In this document: positions 11,586 to 22,913 of the stretch, one piece after another
Layout of the letters: each line of letters starts with the position of its first letter
Position numbering within the stretch: position 1 is the first letter of the stretch
Source of the DNA: Azolla caroliniana
Lineage: Eukaryota; Plantae; Polypodiophyta
DNA: 64,000 bases
Assembly (NCBI GenBank): GCA_043228905.1
Contig: JBHGNT010000006.1
Coordinates: 18,290,001-18,354,000 of the forward strand
Direction: 5' to 3'
The notes under the pieces: model-generated
Told to the model about the DNA's origin: nothing
What the model saw: the letters and a program-made list of their open reading frames with translations, nothing else
Databases searched by the model: none
Translations under genes and position numbers: made by a program

Positions 11586-13804
11586 TGTCATGTCGATCTC
11601 CCTTGGGTACTTGATTAACTCGGGTCTCATATGAGCCATATCTGGTGTTTCGGTCGATTGGACTCTGTCTCTTTGACTCAGTCATTCCCGACTCTGGCTG
11701 ATTTGACCTTTTCTTTGTTGACTTTGACTCTGTCTTTGATGACTTTGTATTTGTCTTTGAGTTCGACTATTAGATCTGTTTTCGATTCGAAGTCGGCAGG
11801 TATATTGTCGGCTTGTTCCGGCTTGATTGTTTGTCGAATCTCTAAGTCGGCCTGGTGGGTCGGTCCTTCTACGACAGTTTTGTCGTCTTTGAAGGATACC
11901 TTTTTACCAACTATTTTTTGCTGGTTCTGCGGAGAAAAGATTGAGTCTTCATTGAAGACTACGTCACTGCTCCGGATCAGTTTTTGGTTCTCAGGGTCCC
12001 ATAGCCTATAGCCGAAGTCCCCATTCGTTCCATAACCGAGAAATATGCACTTCGTTGCATGGGGTGCCAACTTGCTCCCTTTCTCCTTGAGCATGTCGTA
12101 GGTCGGTTGTTTTCCTGACCATAGTGCCTATGACACTTCGAGTTTGATTGCTTTCGACGGTAATAAATTTACCAGATATACTGTTGTTTGCAATGCCTCA
12201 ACCCAGAATTGCAATTGTAGTCCGACTTGCTAGAGCATTGCCGTCACGCTCTCTTGGATCGTTCGGTTGATCCGTTCAGCCACCTCGTTCTGCATGGGTG
12301 TGTAAGGAGCGGTCTTTTGATGCACAATCCGTTTGTCGGACATATACTATTTGAAGGTTCTGGAGGTGTACTCACCTCCGTTGTCGGATCAGAGTGACTT
12401 CACCCTATATCCCGACTGGTTGTCCACTTCAGATATCCACTGAGTGAAGATCTTGAGCACTTCGTCTTTGGACCTAATGGACTAGGACCAGACCTTCCAT
12501 GTACAGTCATCTATAAAAGTGATGAAGTACCAGGAGCCTCCTAGTGATCGCTCTAGCATGGGCCCACATACATCTATCTGCACAAGCTCTAGGGGTTGTC
12601 GTACCATCTCGTAGTGGAGAGAGTGCGGACTTTGGGTCTATTTCCCGTATCAACAATGCTTGCAGAAGTCCGTCTTTGATTGGAGTTTCAGAATGTAGCC
12701 CACCACCATCAGCGGATCAAGTCCGGCTTGGGACATATGGCCAAGTCGGCCATGCCATAGGTTTGGGTCGGCCTTTTCGGCTATGTTCATGACCCCTTTT
12801 GGATTGATCGCCATTAATCGGTACAAGTTATTATACTTGTGCCCGCATCCTATCTTCAGGTTTCCTTGATTGCCCATCCATGCCGACTCACTTAGAGTTG
12901 TTCGATACCTGTCTTTCGCTAGCATGCCAATGGAGACCAGAATCCTTTTTAGATTAGGTATGTGTCGGACTGTGCCATTGGTGCCGACCGAATAGTTTGA
13001 AAACCACTGGATGTTTGGGGTCACATGAAATGTGGCACCGGAATCTAGTAACCACATGTGTGCATCTTGTGCCCTGTAGAGGACTTCTCTGATCATTGAA
13101 TCCTCTAATGAGAGAATTTCTCCGGATCGGGTGTCAGCAATGTTGATTTGGTTGCTGACCGGAGAGTGGTTTGAGTCGGGTCTTGCTCAATTTCACTTGG
13201 ATCGCTGACCACTCTCTTTCCTCTTGATCAACCAAAAGTCAGAAAGATTGTGGCCAGTTTTTTTTGCAGTGTGTGCAGAATTCACCTAATCGGCCCATTC
13301 TTGACTTCGACGGTTGTCGGTCTCCCCTCGTCTTTGATCGGTTGGTGTTCCTACTGGTTCTATCGGATTTCTCTCTCGATCGACTAAATCTATTGATCGG
13401 CTCGGTGAAGTAGTGGGCTTCTGTCGACTCATTGATGCTGAGTCCAATCAATTTTTGTCGAATGTCCTCAGTGAGGACTTGGCTGATTCTCTCATCCAGA
13501 TTTAGGATTGATTGGCTATTGGCGTAGGTCATGTAGAATACCTCCCAACTCGTCGGCAAACTCGATAGGAGGGCAAGGGCTTTCACTTCTTCTTCTAAGT
13601 TGATCCCTTGTGAGGAGAGTTTTGACAACACCCGGCTGAAGGTGTTGATGTGGGAGGTATCCGGATCGTTCTCTCTCATCTTCATGTTGAACAGTTGTTT
13701 GATCAAAATCAGTTTTGAAGATGAGGACTATTTCTCGTACACGGTTTGTAGCTTCTCCCACAATGAGAATGTTGTCGTCTCTTTTGCCATACTGAAGTAG
13801 ACGT

Positions 13805-14616
13805 TGATGGGAACCGTAACACTCCCTATGCGCAACGCTCGGCCAGAACCGAGCTTAGAATCATACATAGAAAATGGGAAATGAAGAACGACACAAAGAG
13901 GAGAAGGATACACAGGATGTTTACGTGGAAAACCCAAACTAGGGAAAAATCACGGTAGCCCACAGGCTGCAAACTATCACTATGCTAGAATGTACAACAG
14001 TGAGTTCACGGAGGCAACGACCTCGTGCTCACGATCCTCGCCACAGGCGGCATTACAACAGAGGCAACGACCTCTTTCTCTCTCTCTCTCTCTGTATACT
14101 GTTACGCGCTCTCTCTTTTCTTGCACCAACAAGAATAACAATAACAACAGTCATCTAAAAGTTTGCCCTAAGTCATATTTATACTAATATGACTTTTCGG
14201 CTATTTACAAATATAGCCTCGATGGGCTCTCAGAAACATATTTACGAATATGTCTCTTCATCCGGTGAGCATTCCTCACCGGGTCTGCACCATCCGGCTC
14301 TCCGTAACCGGGTACTCCTCATCCGGTTCTCACCGGGTCTGCACGATCCGGCTCTCCGTAACCGGGTACTCCTCATTCAGTTCTCACCGGGTCTGCACCA
14401 TCCGGCTCTTCGTAGCCGGGTACTTCTCATCCGGTCTTCACCGGGTCTGCACCATCCGGCTCTCCGTAGCCGGGTACTCCTCGTCCGGTCTTCACCAAGT
14501 CTGCACCATCCGGCTCTTCGTGGCCGGGTACTCGTCATACGATTTCGGCCTCGGCTGAGTTTGTTCATCATCACTGTTCTTCTCCTTTCCCAACCTGAGG
14601 GACCTGTCTCCCAACA
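13805..14616 (-). repeat. 3' LTR of E (~812 bp), containing five 54-bp tandem units at ~14276-14545
   Basis: TGATGGGAACCG...TCCCAACA; unit CACCGGGTCTGCACCATCCGGCTCTCCGTAACCGGGTACTCCTCATCCGGTTCT. Confidence 0.92.
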
Positions 14617-14626
14617 AACTCCCCCT

Positions 14627-17600
14627 TCACTCCGGCATGGGGTGTCTTACTAGTCCGATCCTCTTCCGGCATGCATCCAGCTTGTCGGGTATCAACACTT
14701 TGGTCAGCATGTTTGACCCGTTCTCGGCCATGTGGATCTTCGTAAGTGCGAACTCCTGGTCATCTACTCTTTCCCGGATCCAGTGATATCTTTGTTGGAT
14801 ATGCTTCGTCCAGGAATGATAGGCCGCATTCTTAGCAAGGTGGATGGCACTTTGACTGTCGCAATAGAGCCGGTATTCCTCTTGCCGGATACCAAGCTCT
14901 CCGATGAAGTCCTTCATCCATAATATTTCCTTGCCGGCTTCCATAGCTGCCTTGTACTCCGCCTCCGTGGTTGATAATGCAACCGTCTTCTGCAGCCTCG
15001 ACTGCCACGAAACAGCTCCCCCTGCATATGTCATTACATACTCGGATGTAGACCGGCTGGTATACACATCAGCCGACATGTCCGAATCGGTGAAGCCGTC
15101 CAATTGAGGTTTTCCGGAGCCGAATCAGAGACACATATTTGAAGTGCCCTTCAAATACCGGAGTATCCATTTGACCGCGTTCCAGTGCTCCTTCCCGGGA
15201 TTGCTCATGAACCGGCTCACCACTCCGACTGCGTATCCTATATCCAGTTGGGTACACACCATTGTGTACATTAAGCTCCCGACGGCACAGGCATATGGAA
15301 TCTTCATCATATCCGCCTTCTCTGCTTTCGTCTTCGGGCTTTGCTTTCCGGAAAGCCTCCAGTTTGCCGGAAGTGTCGATCCGACCGGTTTCGCCTCTGA
15401 CATGTTGAACCGGTGAAGCACCCTTGTCACGTACTTCTCCTGTGACAGCCATAATTGCTTCGCTGACTGGTTCCGGATAATATGCATCCCAGCATCTGTC
15501 TTGCCGGACCCAAGTCTTTCATTGAGAAGGCCCGGTTGAGAGCCTTCTTCAGCATCCATATTTTGACTTGGTCCCATCCGATGATGAACATGTCGTCCAC
15601 ATATAGAAGGAGTATCAGGAAGTTGCCTCCTTCGAACTTCTTCACAAACACGCAGTGATCGGCCTGTGTCTTCTGGTACCCTTGATCGGTCATGAAGGAG
15701 TCGAACTTCCGGTACCATTGCCAAGGGGCCTACTTCAACCCGTAGAGGCTCTTCTTCAACCGGCATACTAGGTGCTCCTTCCCTTTCTCCACGAATCCTT
15801 CCGGTTGCTGCATGTAGATCTCCTCCTCGAGGTTGCCGTGAAGGAATGTCGTCTTCACGTCCAGTTGCTCTACTCGAGGTCCATGGTTGCTGCTATACTC
15901 AGCACCGTCCGGATAGAGGTCATCTTTACGACCGGGGCAAATATCTCGTTGAAGTCCACGCCCTTCTTCTGCTGGAACCCCTTCACCACGATCCTGGCTT
16001 TGTATCTCGGGGGGTTGCCGGCATCTCCCGGTTTCAACTTGTACACCCACTTGTTTCGGAGTGCTCGCTTTCCTTTCGGCAACTCCACCAATTCATACGT
16101 ATGGTTCTCATGCAGGGAATCCATCTCATCCTGCATGGCACTTAACCATTTGCGGTTGTGGGTGTCATCCTTCGCTTCTTCGAAGCTTTCCGGCTCCCCC
16201 TCATCGGTCAGTAGAACATGCTCTGCATCCAGAAATCTCCGGGGCGCCCTTCTCTCTCTGAGAGGATATCTCCGTCTTCGGGCTTCGGTAACCGGCTCCT
16301 CCATTTGCTCTTCATCCGAATCCGATTCAGGGTCTTTGCCGGTTCCGGTTTCAGTTTCCTCTACTTCTTCTTCAGCCTGTTCGGTATCCTCACCGTAACC
16401 GGTCTCTTGCCGGTTGGGTCTGCTCATTGTAGAGTCGGTCCTTACCGGTCGACTCGGAGTTCATTATCTTCTTCTCCGACTCCCAGTCGGCGAGCGTCTT
16501 GTCCTCCATGAAGATAATATCTCGACTCCGGAACACCTTCTTGTCGACCAGGTCCCACACTTGGTAGCCGAACTCATCATCACCGTAACCGAGGAATATG
16601 CATGGCCGGGTCTTTAGATCTAACTTTCCTCTCCAGTCCTTAGCTACATGCACGTATGCGAGACACCCGAGCACCTTCAGATGCCGGTAGGATACTTCCT
16701 TACCGGTCCACACTCTCTGTGGCGTGTCTCCGTCCAAGGGTACTAAGGGTGATCTATTTATCACATATGTCGCCGTCGACAATGCCTCAGCCCAAAACTT
16801 CTTGGGTAGTTTTGCATGCACTAGCATACTCCGGACCCCCTCCATTATGGTCCGGTTCATCCTCTCGGCCAGTCCGTTTAGTTCCGGCGTCTTCGGCACG
16901 GTAAATTCGAGCCGGATTCCCTTCGAGCGGCAATACTCCTCGAACTGCCCCCGATATTCTCCTCCGTTATCTGCTCGAACCGCCTTCAGCTTCCGGTCTA
17001 TTTCTCTTTCCACTCTCGCGTGGAGCTCTTTGAAGACGGATAGCACCTGATCCTTCGTCTTCAACGGTGTGGCCCACAGCTTCCGGCTATGGTCATCTAT
17101 GAATGTCACGAAGTACTGCGCTCCGGCATGTGACTTCGTGTCTACTTGACACACATCCGTATGCACCAACTCCAGTGGTGCATTACGTCTCATCGGTGGC
17201 ATTGGTCGGAAGGAGGTCCGGTTTTGTTTATTGGCCAAACAATCAGTGCACTTCTCCAAGTGCACGTTCTTCACTGGAATGAGGTTGTCGTCTGCAAGCC
17301 TCTTCATCCCCTTCTCGCTCATATGACACAGCCTCTTGTGCCACAGCTCATTGGCAGTGTCGGATGCCACGTTCACTTCTTCCGAACATAACCGGGCATT
17401 CATCAGGTACAATGTGTTGACCTTCCAAGCCAGAGCCACAATCAGGCTCCCTTTGCTGAACTTCATGACACCGTTCCGGATGCTACCCGTGTAGCCTTCA
17501 TCATCTAGCCGACCGGATGATATCAGGTTCAGACGAACCTCCGGAATGTGTCAGACATCCTTCAGTAGCAACTTGCATCCAGTTGGTGTTGACAGCAACA

Positions 17601-18648
17601 CGTCTCCCATGCCGACAATTTGGCATGTACCTTCATTCCCCATCCGGACACAGCCGTGATCACCGACTGAGTAGGATGAGAAGCATTTCCGGTCTGGCGT
17701 AAGGTGGAACGACGCTCCGGAGTCTACCACCCAAGTCGTCTCGTCGTCGGCAAGGTTTATCTCACCCTCCTCGGTGATGAGCATCCGCTCTTCTTCACTT
17801 GTCGCGATTGCCGTTGTTCCCTTCCGGTCCGACCCCCTCCGGTCTTTACCGTTCCGGTCCGGGGTCCGCTTCGAATCGGTACGGTCGGTTTCCTTGTCTT
17901 TTCGGAAATGCCAACAGTTCTTTTGGAAGTGTCCCTGCTTGCCGCAATAGAAGCAAGTAGGCCTCCCCCTTGACTTTGATCGTGTCCCCGACTTCTCCCG
18001 GTTCTGGGGACTACGATTTCTATGTCTTCCGCGTTCCGATTCGGTAAGGAGCGCTTTGGAGTCGGAGCTCGTATCTTTGTCTTTTTGACGCGCCTCCTCA
18101 TCTAGCAAGCTCAACTTTACTCTTGCTAGGGATAACCGCTTTCCTTCCAGCCCGGCGTTGCCCAAAGTGACAACCAACGTCTCCCAGCTATCCGGGAGGG
18201 AACCGAGCAGGAGTAGCGCAAGTACCTCATCGGCGAGAGGTACTTCCAATGAAGTTACCTAGTGGATCAGCCCCTGGAAGGCATTCATGTGCTCCGCCAT
18301 GCTGGAGCCATCTTGTTACCGGAGTCTTACTAGCTTCCGGAATACCGAAACCTGGTTAACAACATTTTTGTTTTGAAACATTATGCCGATCTTCTCCCAG
18401 AGCTCATGAGCCTTGCTCTCTTCATTGAAGTTGTTGTATAAGCTCAAGTCGATGAAGCACCGTATGTACGCCGTTGTCTTCATGTGCATCACCTCCCATA
18501 TCGTGGCGTCGATTTTGTCCGGTCTCTTGTCCCCAAACTGAACCGGCAGCCAAAGATCTTTAACCACGAGCATGTCCCTCATCTTCGACTTCCATACTGA
18601 ATAGTTGGAGCTGGTGAGCTTGAACATGCCGCCAAAAGATTCGTCCAT
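14627..18648 (-). pseudogene. Copia E gag-pol, several stops and frameshifts
   Basis: Pieces 18316-18648, 17551-18249 (CFYCGKQGHFQKNC, WVVDSGAS), 16390-17466 integrase, RT pieces, 14627-15103 RNase H. Confidence 0.95.
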
Positions 18649-19165
18649 TTTCTATGTCGTTTCGCTCTGATACCACTTGATGGGAACCGCGGATGGGAGG
18701 GACCTGTCTCCCAACAGACGTTTTCGGCCAGGTGTATTCGAATGGTGGAGTGAGCGATTTCATCTATAGATCTCCATTTCTCAGTTGTCATTGAGGCAAG
18801 CTTTTCATTGTGTCGAATAGCTTCGACTTATCTTCGAATAATCAATACGTCCTGCATTATCTCCTTCCATAGGCAAAAAATTTTGCCGTCGAATTTTCTG
18901 ATTTCAAATCCTGTTCTGAATCTTGAAGCCATGTTCTTCTTTGAAAGTGAGATTTTTACTAATCTAGTCTTTTTCGTTTTAGCTTTTCTATTGTTTGTTG
19001 CTACCGAGTAGCAAGTTGCTCTGATATGAATTGTTGTGAGGTGAATTGCAGAAACGTATGTGAGGACCTGTCGGTTAACCTCAAAAAAGAACACAGAAAG
19101 AAAGCAAGAACATAAATAGTCGATGAATATGTTCGAGGCTTTAATGGAAGCTTTGATATATTATG

Positions 19166-19197
<32 letters not shown>

Positions 19198-19333
19198 CTC
19201 AGAGATTCAAAATACAAGATGATCAAGAAGATGCTTTACAATGTTAAGGTATCGCTTATATAGTAAGTCCTAACTATTTGGATGAGTTCACACTAGGATA
19301 CAAAGTGGAAGGAGACATCCTTTTATGCCAACA

Positions 19334-20130
19334 GAATCGGAGGCAGCCAATTCGGACAATAGCTGGAACAAATCGGAGTAACCCAATTTGGAAGAGGTGC
19401 TTGATTCGAAGGACCTGGATCAACTTAAGGCCAAACAGACGAGGAGGCAGTGGAAGTCAACACCGACTTGGAAAAACCAACGGGTCAAGATGCGCCAGAG
19501 ACGCAACAACGAAGGATCTGAGATGATCCTTATGAGCAGACAAGCCCACCGAGAAGATTGAGGTGCGTGGGACTAGCAGGGTCGTGGAAAGCAGAATCGG
19601 ACGAGTCAAGGAGTGCGCGAAAGGCGGGAAGATGCCAGGAGGTGCCGGAGGAGAGGACCGATGGACACACATAGCGATTTGACCTCAAGTTGAGCCTGAG
19701 GGGGAGTGTTGAGCAGGCAAACTCAACCGGATTTGGATCAGCTAAATAAGCCAGAGTCGGGTTGGTATCTGGAACAAAGAACCGGATGGGTGCCTGGATC
19801 GATGTCCGGAATAGTGAGAACTCGTAGGCCATTGGAGCCTACTGTCCGATCCTAGTATGTAGGCATATTCCTTGGACTTAGTGTCAGTCGCTCATATGAG
19901 CATTGAAGTACATGTTAGTACTTCTGTCAGTCCTTTTTAAGGACTTGTATAAAAAGTGTTCCGTAGGACATTTGTAGGTATAGAGTGTTATTAATTTTTA
20001 ATAGAATTTCTGTTATGCTCTCTCTATCTCTCCCGTGTATTCAAGCTTCCATTAAACTTTCATCTCTGCTTTACTATTGTCATCCGGTTGAGTTGCTTTG
20101 TCTACAAGCTTCCGCATGCAATTCTTTACA
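19334..20130 (+). mobile_element. 3' end of a family-B copia (3' noncoding region, PPT, LTR 19707-20130)
   Basis: Homologous to ~46030-46852; TGAGGGGGAG then TGTTGAG...CTTTACA. Confidence 0.82.
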
Positions 20131-20887
20131 ATCTTGTCGTGCACACAAAATGCAAGGCAGTACAAAACTCTACTTGCCGCTTGCTCCCACACCGGAAAAT
20201 CGTTGTGTGCCGGTTATGGTGGTACTTCATTTTCTCCGTGGATGTAGCTCTAGTAGCCATGCTTGAGCAGGTACTGGTGCATCTTGTACTCCCAAAACAC
20301 GTAATTGCTTTTGTCCAACTTTTCTCTTCGAAGAGCACCACCCATTCGTTTGTCTATTTTCTTCTATTTTGTTCTTGTCTGGGGATCAGGGTTTGTAGGC
20401 GTAGAATTCTTGTCGGCAGCAGAGGATTCTCAACCCTCGTGTTTTGGTACCATTTAAAGATTTAAGTGCGGAACCTAAGACCGAACATAACGGGTTCACC
20501 GAACAACAACAAAGAAAACACAGAGAATCAATGGAGAGAATACACAGTACGCGGGAGAGAAAGAAAGAGTAGATGACTAAAAACTCAATTAAAAAATAAC
20601 AAGGCTTTGTACAAACAAATGTGCTCAAAGAGAAATTTTATACAAGTCCTTAAAGGAAAATAAGAAGTACTAACAAGGACTTCAATGCTCATAGCTGAGC
20701 TACCAACACTAACTCCTAAAAATATGACAACCTAGACTAAACTAGGAGCGTAGGCTTGTAACGGTCTGCCGGTTCCCCATGGATCCGGTCCTCCGATCCG
20801 ATCCGGGCCTAGCCGATCGTTTTTTGTTCTATCCGGCTCTTGGCTTTGTTCAGCCCAAGCGGCCCATGTTGAGCTTGCTTCTCAACA
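20131..20887 (-). mobile_element. 5' fragment of another family-B copia (LTR ~20453-20887, degenerate PBS, gag start)
   Basis: Minus-strand EKLDKSNYVFWEYKMHQYLL..FPVWEQAASRVLYC; LTR starts TGTTGAGAAGCAAGCTCAAC. Confidence 0.8.
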
Positions 20888-20945
20888 GACTTGATAGGAA
20901 TCTTAAGCTTAGAATCAAAGAAGGAAATTAACTAGGACATCATTG

Positions 20946-21353
20946 CTATGTCGTTGGAAAGGTAACTATAACAACTTAAGGTAGGACATAAATGAGGGAC
21001 ATCTTTCAAGGACATGGTGGGAAAAAAACCTTCAATTCCTATAAGTTGGAGACCCTAAGGTGGTTTGGTAGAAAAAATATAAACATATTTGTGTTTTGCC
21101 ATGCTTATATCAAACTTCGTGTCCTTATAAATTGTATGTGGCTTGGACATTGTCTAATCAACCTCTTTAGAGGCTGAGGAACCCCTCCCCTTTTTTGTGT
21201 CCAATATGATGCTAATACATTCACACCTCTTTACAGGCTAAAGAAGTGTAGGGAGATGGGGCTGGAGGTGGTTTGAGATGTTTCATGAAGGTAGAATGGT
21301 GTTAGTGATATGGGGGCACCGTCGAGGTGGGATGAAGTGTGTGAGGATGGTGT
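20946..21353 (+). repeat. Unclassified dispersed repeat R, copy 1 (internally deleted)
   Basis: Colinear with 42013-42596 from CTATGTCGTTGGAAA to GAGGATGGTGT; lacks about 42297-42479. Confidence 0.88.
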
Positions 21354-22895
21354 GTGCAAAAAATATCACTACCTACTAAACTAGAAGTGTAGGCCTGTAA
21401 TGGGCTGCCAACTCCCCGCAGATTTGGGCCTAGCCAATCGGTCTTCATCCAATCCGGCTCTTGGCTTGTTCAGCCGAACCAGCCCATGTTGAGCTTGCTT
21501 CTCAACAAACTTCATAGGAATCTTAAGCTTAGAATCGAAGAAGGAAATTAACTAGGACATCATGGCATGTGTTAAACAAGAATGTAATGTTGTTTTCCAA
21601 TCACCAATCTAGGTCCCATTTCATATTGACTAAGCTTTAAAATTGAAAGGAAATGAACCAAGGAGTCAAATTCTTTAACATGATCACAATGCATCGACAC
21701 ACTATTGACAACCACTTGCAAACCATCCTTGGAAGATGCACTTAAAACCGCCAAACAAATCATATCAACAAGACTTGAGAGGATGAATTAGTTCTCTTGT
21801 TGTACAAGACAAGACAAATGGTGAAATGAAATACTTGTTGGATATCCCCTTTCACACTTAATCCAAAACCCAGACCATAGCAACTCGTAAAACATGTCCT
21901 TCCATACCTTAAACATAGTACTAAGAAATCAACCTATTTTTTGTTATGTAAGATTGTCCCTCCTTATGAGGGACTCAACTGAAAAGCCGAAATTGGTCAA
22001 TCCAAATCAGCCAAAAAGCCGAAACGAGAATTGGTTCGCTAAAAAGCCAAAATAGGATTCGGTCGAATAGAAATTCAAACGAATATATACATATACATAT
22101 ATCATATATGTATGTGTGAGATAAGTTAGTATATATAGAGGGAGTCATATTAGCGGTGCATGTATGTGGGATAACTCACTGAATGTATAACTGCGAGAGA
22201 AGCACGCGTTGTCGTAGTGTGAATCACACACTACGTGAAATATGTAAAATACTATATCCGATTTAAAGTACGTATAATAAATAAAATAAAATATTGAAAA
22301 TATTTATTACGTGCATAGCACAAGATTCAAACCCTATACCTCCACATAGACAAACCCCGACCTTACCATTGTACTAACTTATCCTAAGTGTTTTAAATAT
22401 AGATTTAATATGTATAAGACCTTTATTTACGCCTACCTTTATTAAAAGAAAAATGTACACCAATAAAAAATGACTCGTGCACATCTAGCGAGCATGAGCA
22501 CTATATTTAGGAAATAAAAGCATAGTGTCAAAAGGCAACTCATGCACATTTAGTGTGCATGAACACTTTAGAAAAAGCATGACGCTATGCTTAGCCTCTT
22601 CCATCCTTATATAAGGAGGAGAGAAAGATGTATGGGGGGTTGTTGCTTATTTTACAAGGGGGATTAATATAATATAATCGTGGGATTCATGAATTTGCTA
22701 ACTATTTTTCTCTCTTAATTTGAGTACTCACTAATACACTATATTCGTGGGATTCACGAGTTTTTCATATCTTTCTTCCTTACAACATATTTCATATTCT
22801 TCATTGCCTTAGAATTTTCTTTTCTCCTAGTCCAAAACCTCAGCGGTTCCCACCCGACTCACGCAACGATCCGGCGCCGAAAGGCACGACACAAG

Positions 22896-22913
22896 TGGTG
22901 AACCCGACGTGAA
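22896..22913 (+). promoter_or_regulatory. Primer-binding site complementary to the 3' end of tRNA-Trp
   Basis: TGGTGAACCCGACGTGAA is the reverse complement of ...TTCACGTCGGGTTCACCA (plant tRNA-Trp 3' end, recalled from memory). Confidence 0.8.

Larger units (their letters stand above)
13805..18716 (-). mobile_element. Copia E with TSD GACGT; full 3' LTR and only a 39-bp 5' LTR
   Basis: GACGT at 13800-13804 and 18717-18721; PBS TGGTATCAGAGC 18664-18675; PPT 14617-14629. Confidence 0.95.
11586..19333 (-). mobile_element. Old Tnt1-like copia D (5' LTR ~19032-19333, gag-PR-INT; RT, RNase H and 3' LTR lost), interrupted by E
   Basis: Gag FEIRKFDGKIFCLWK, ...HLAENV|YFSMAKE... restored across E, WLLDSGATFHV, LWHGRLGHMS, KCIFLGYG..FGYRLWDP; degenerate PBS next to 19032. 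Confidence 0.82.

Noticed and set aside
14189-14653. 154-aa ORF with 18-aa repeats
   Set aside because: Antisense translation of the 54-bp LTR tandem array
11486-20130. Pairing the LTR start at 11486 with the LTR at 19707-20130 as one element
   Set aside because: Only moderately similar and the flanks (CCAAC versus ATCTT) are not a TSD
21572-21763. Short ORF next to G as a possible host exon
   Set aside because: No recognisable motif or clear splice structure
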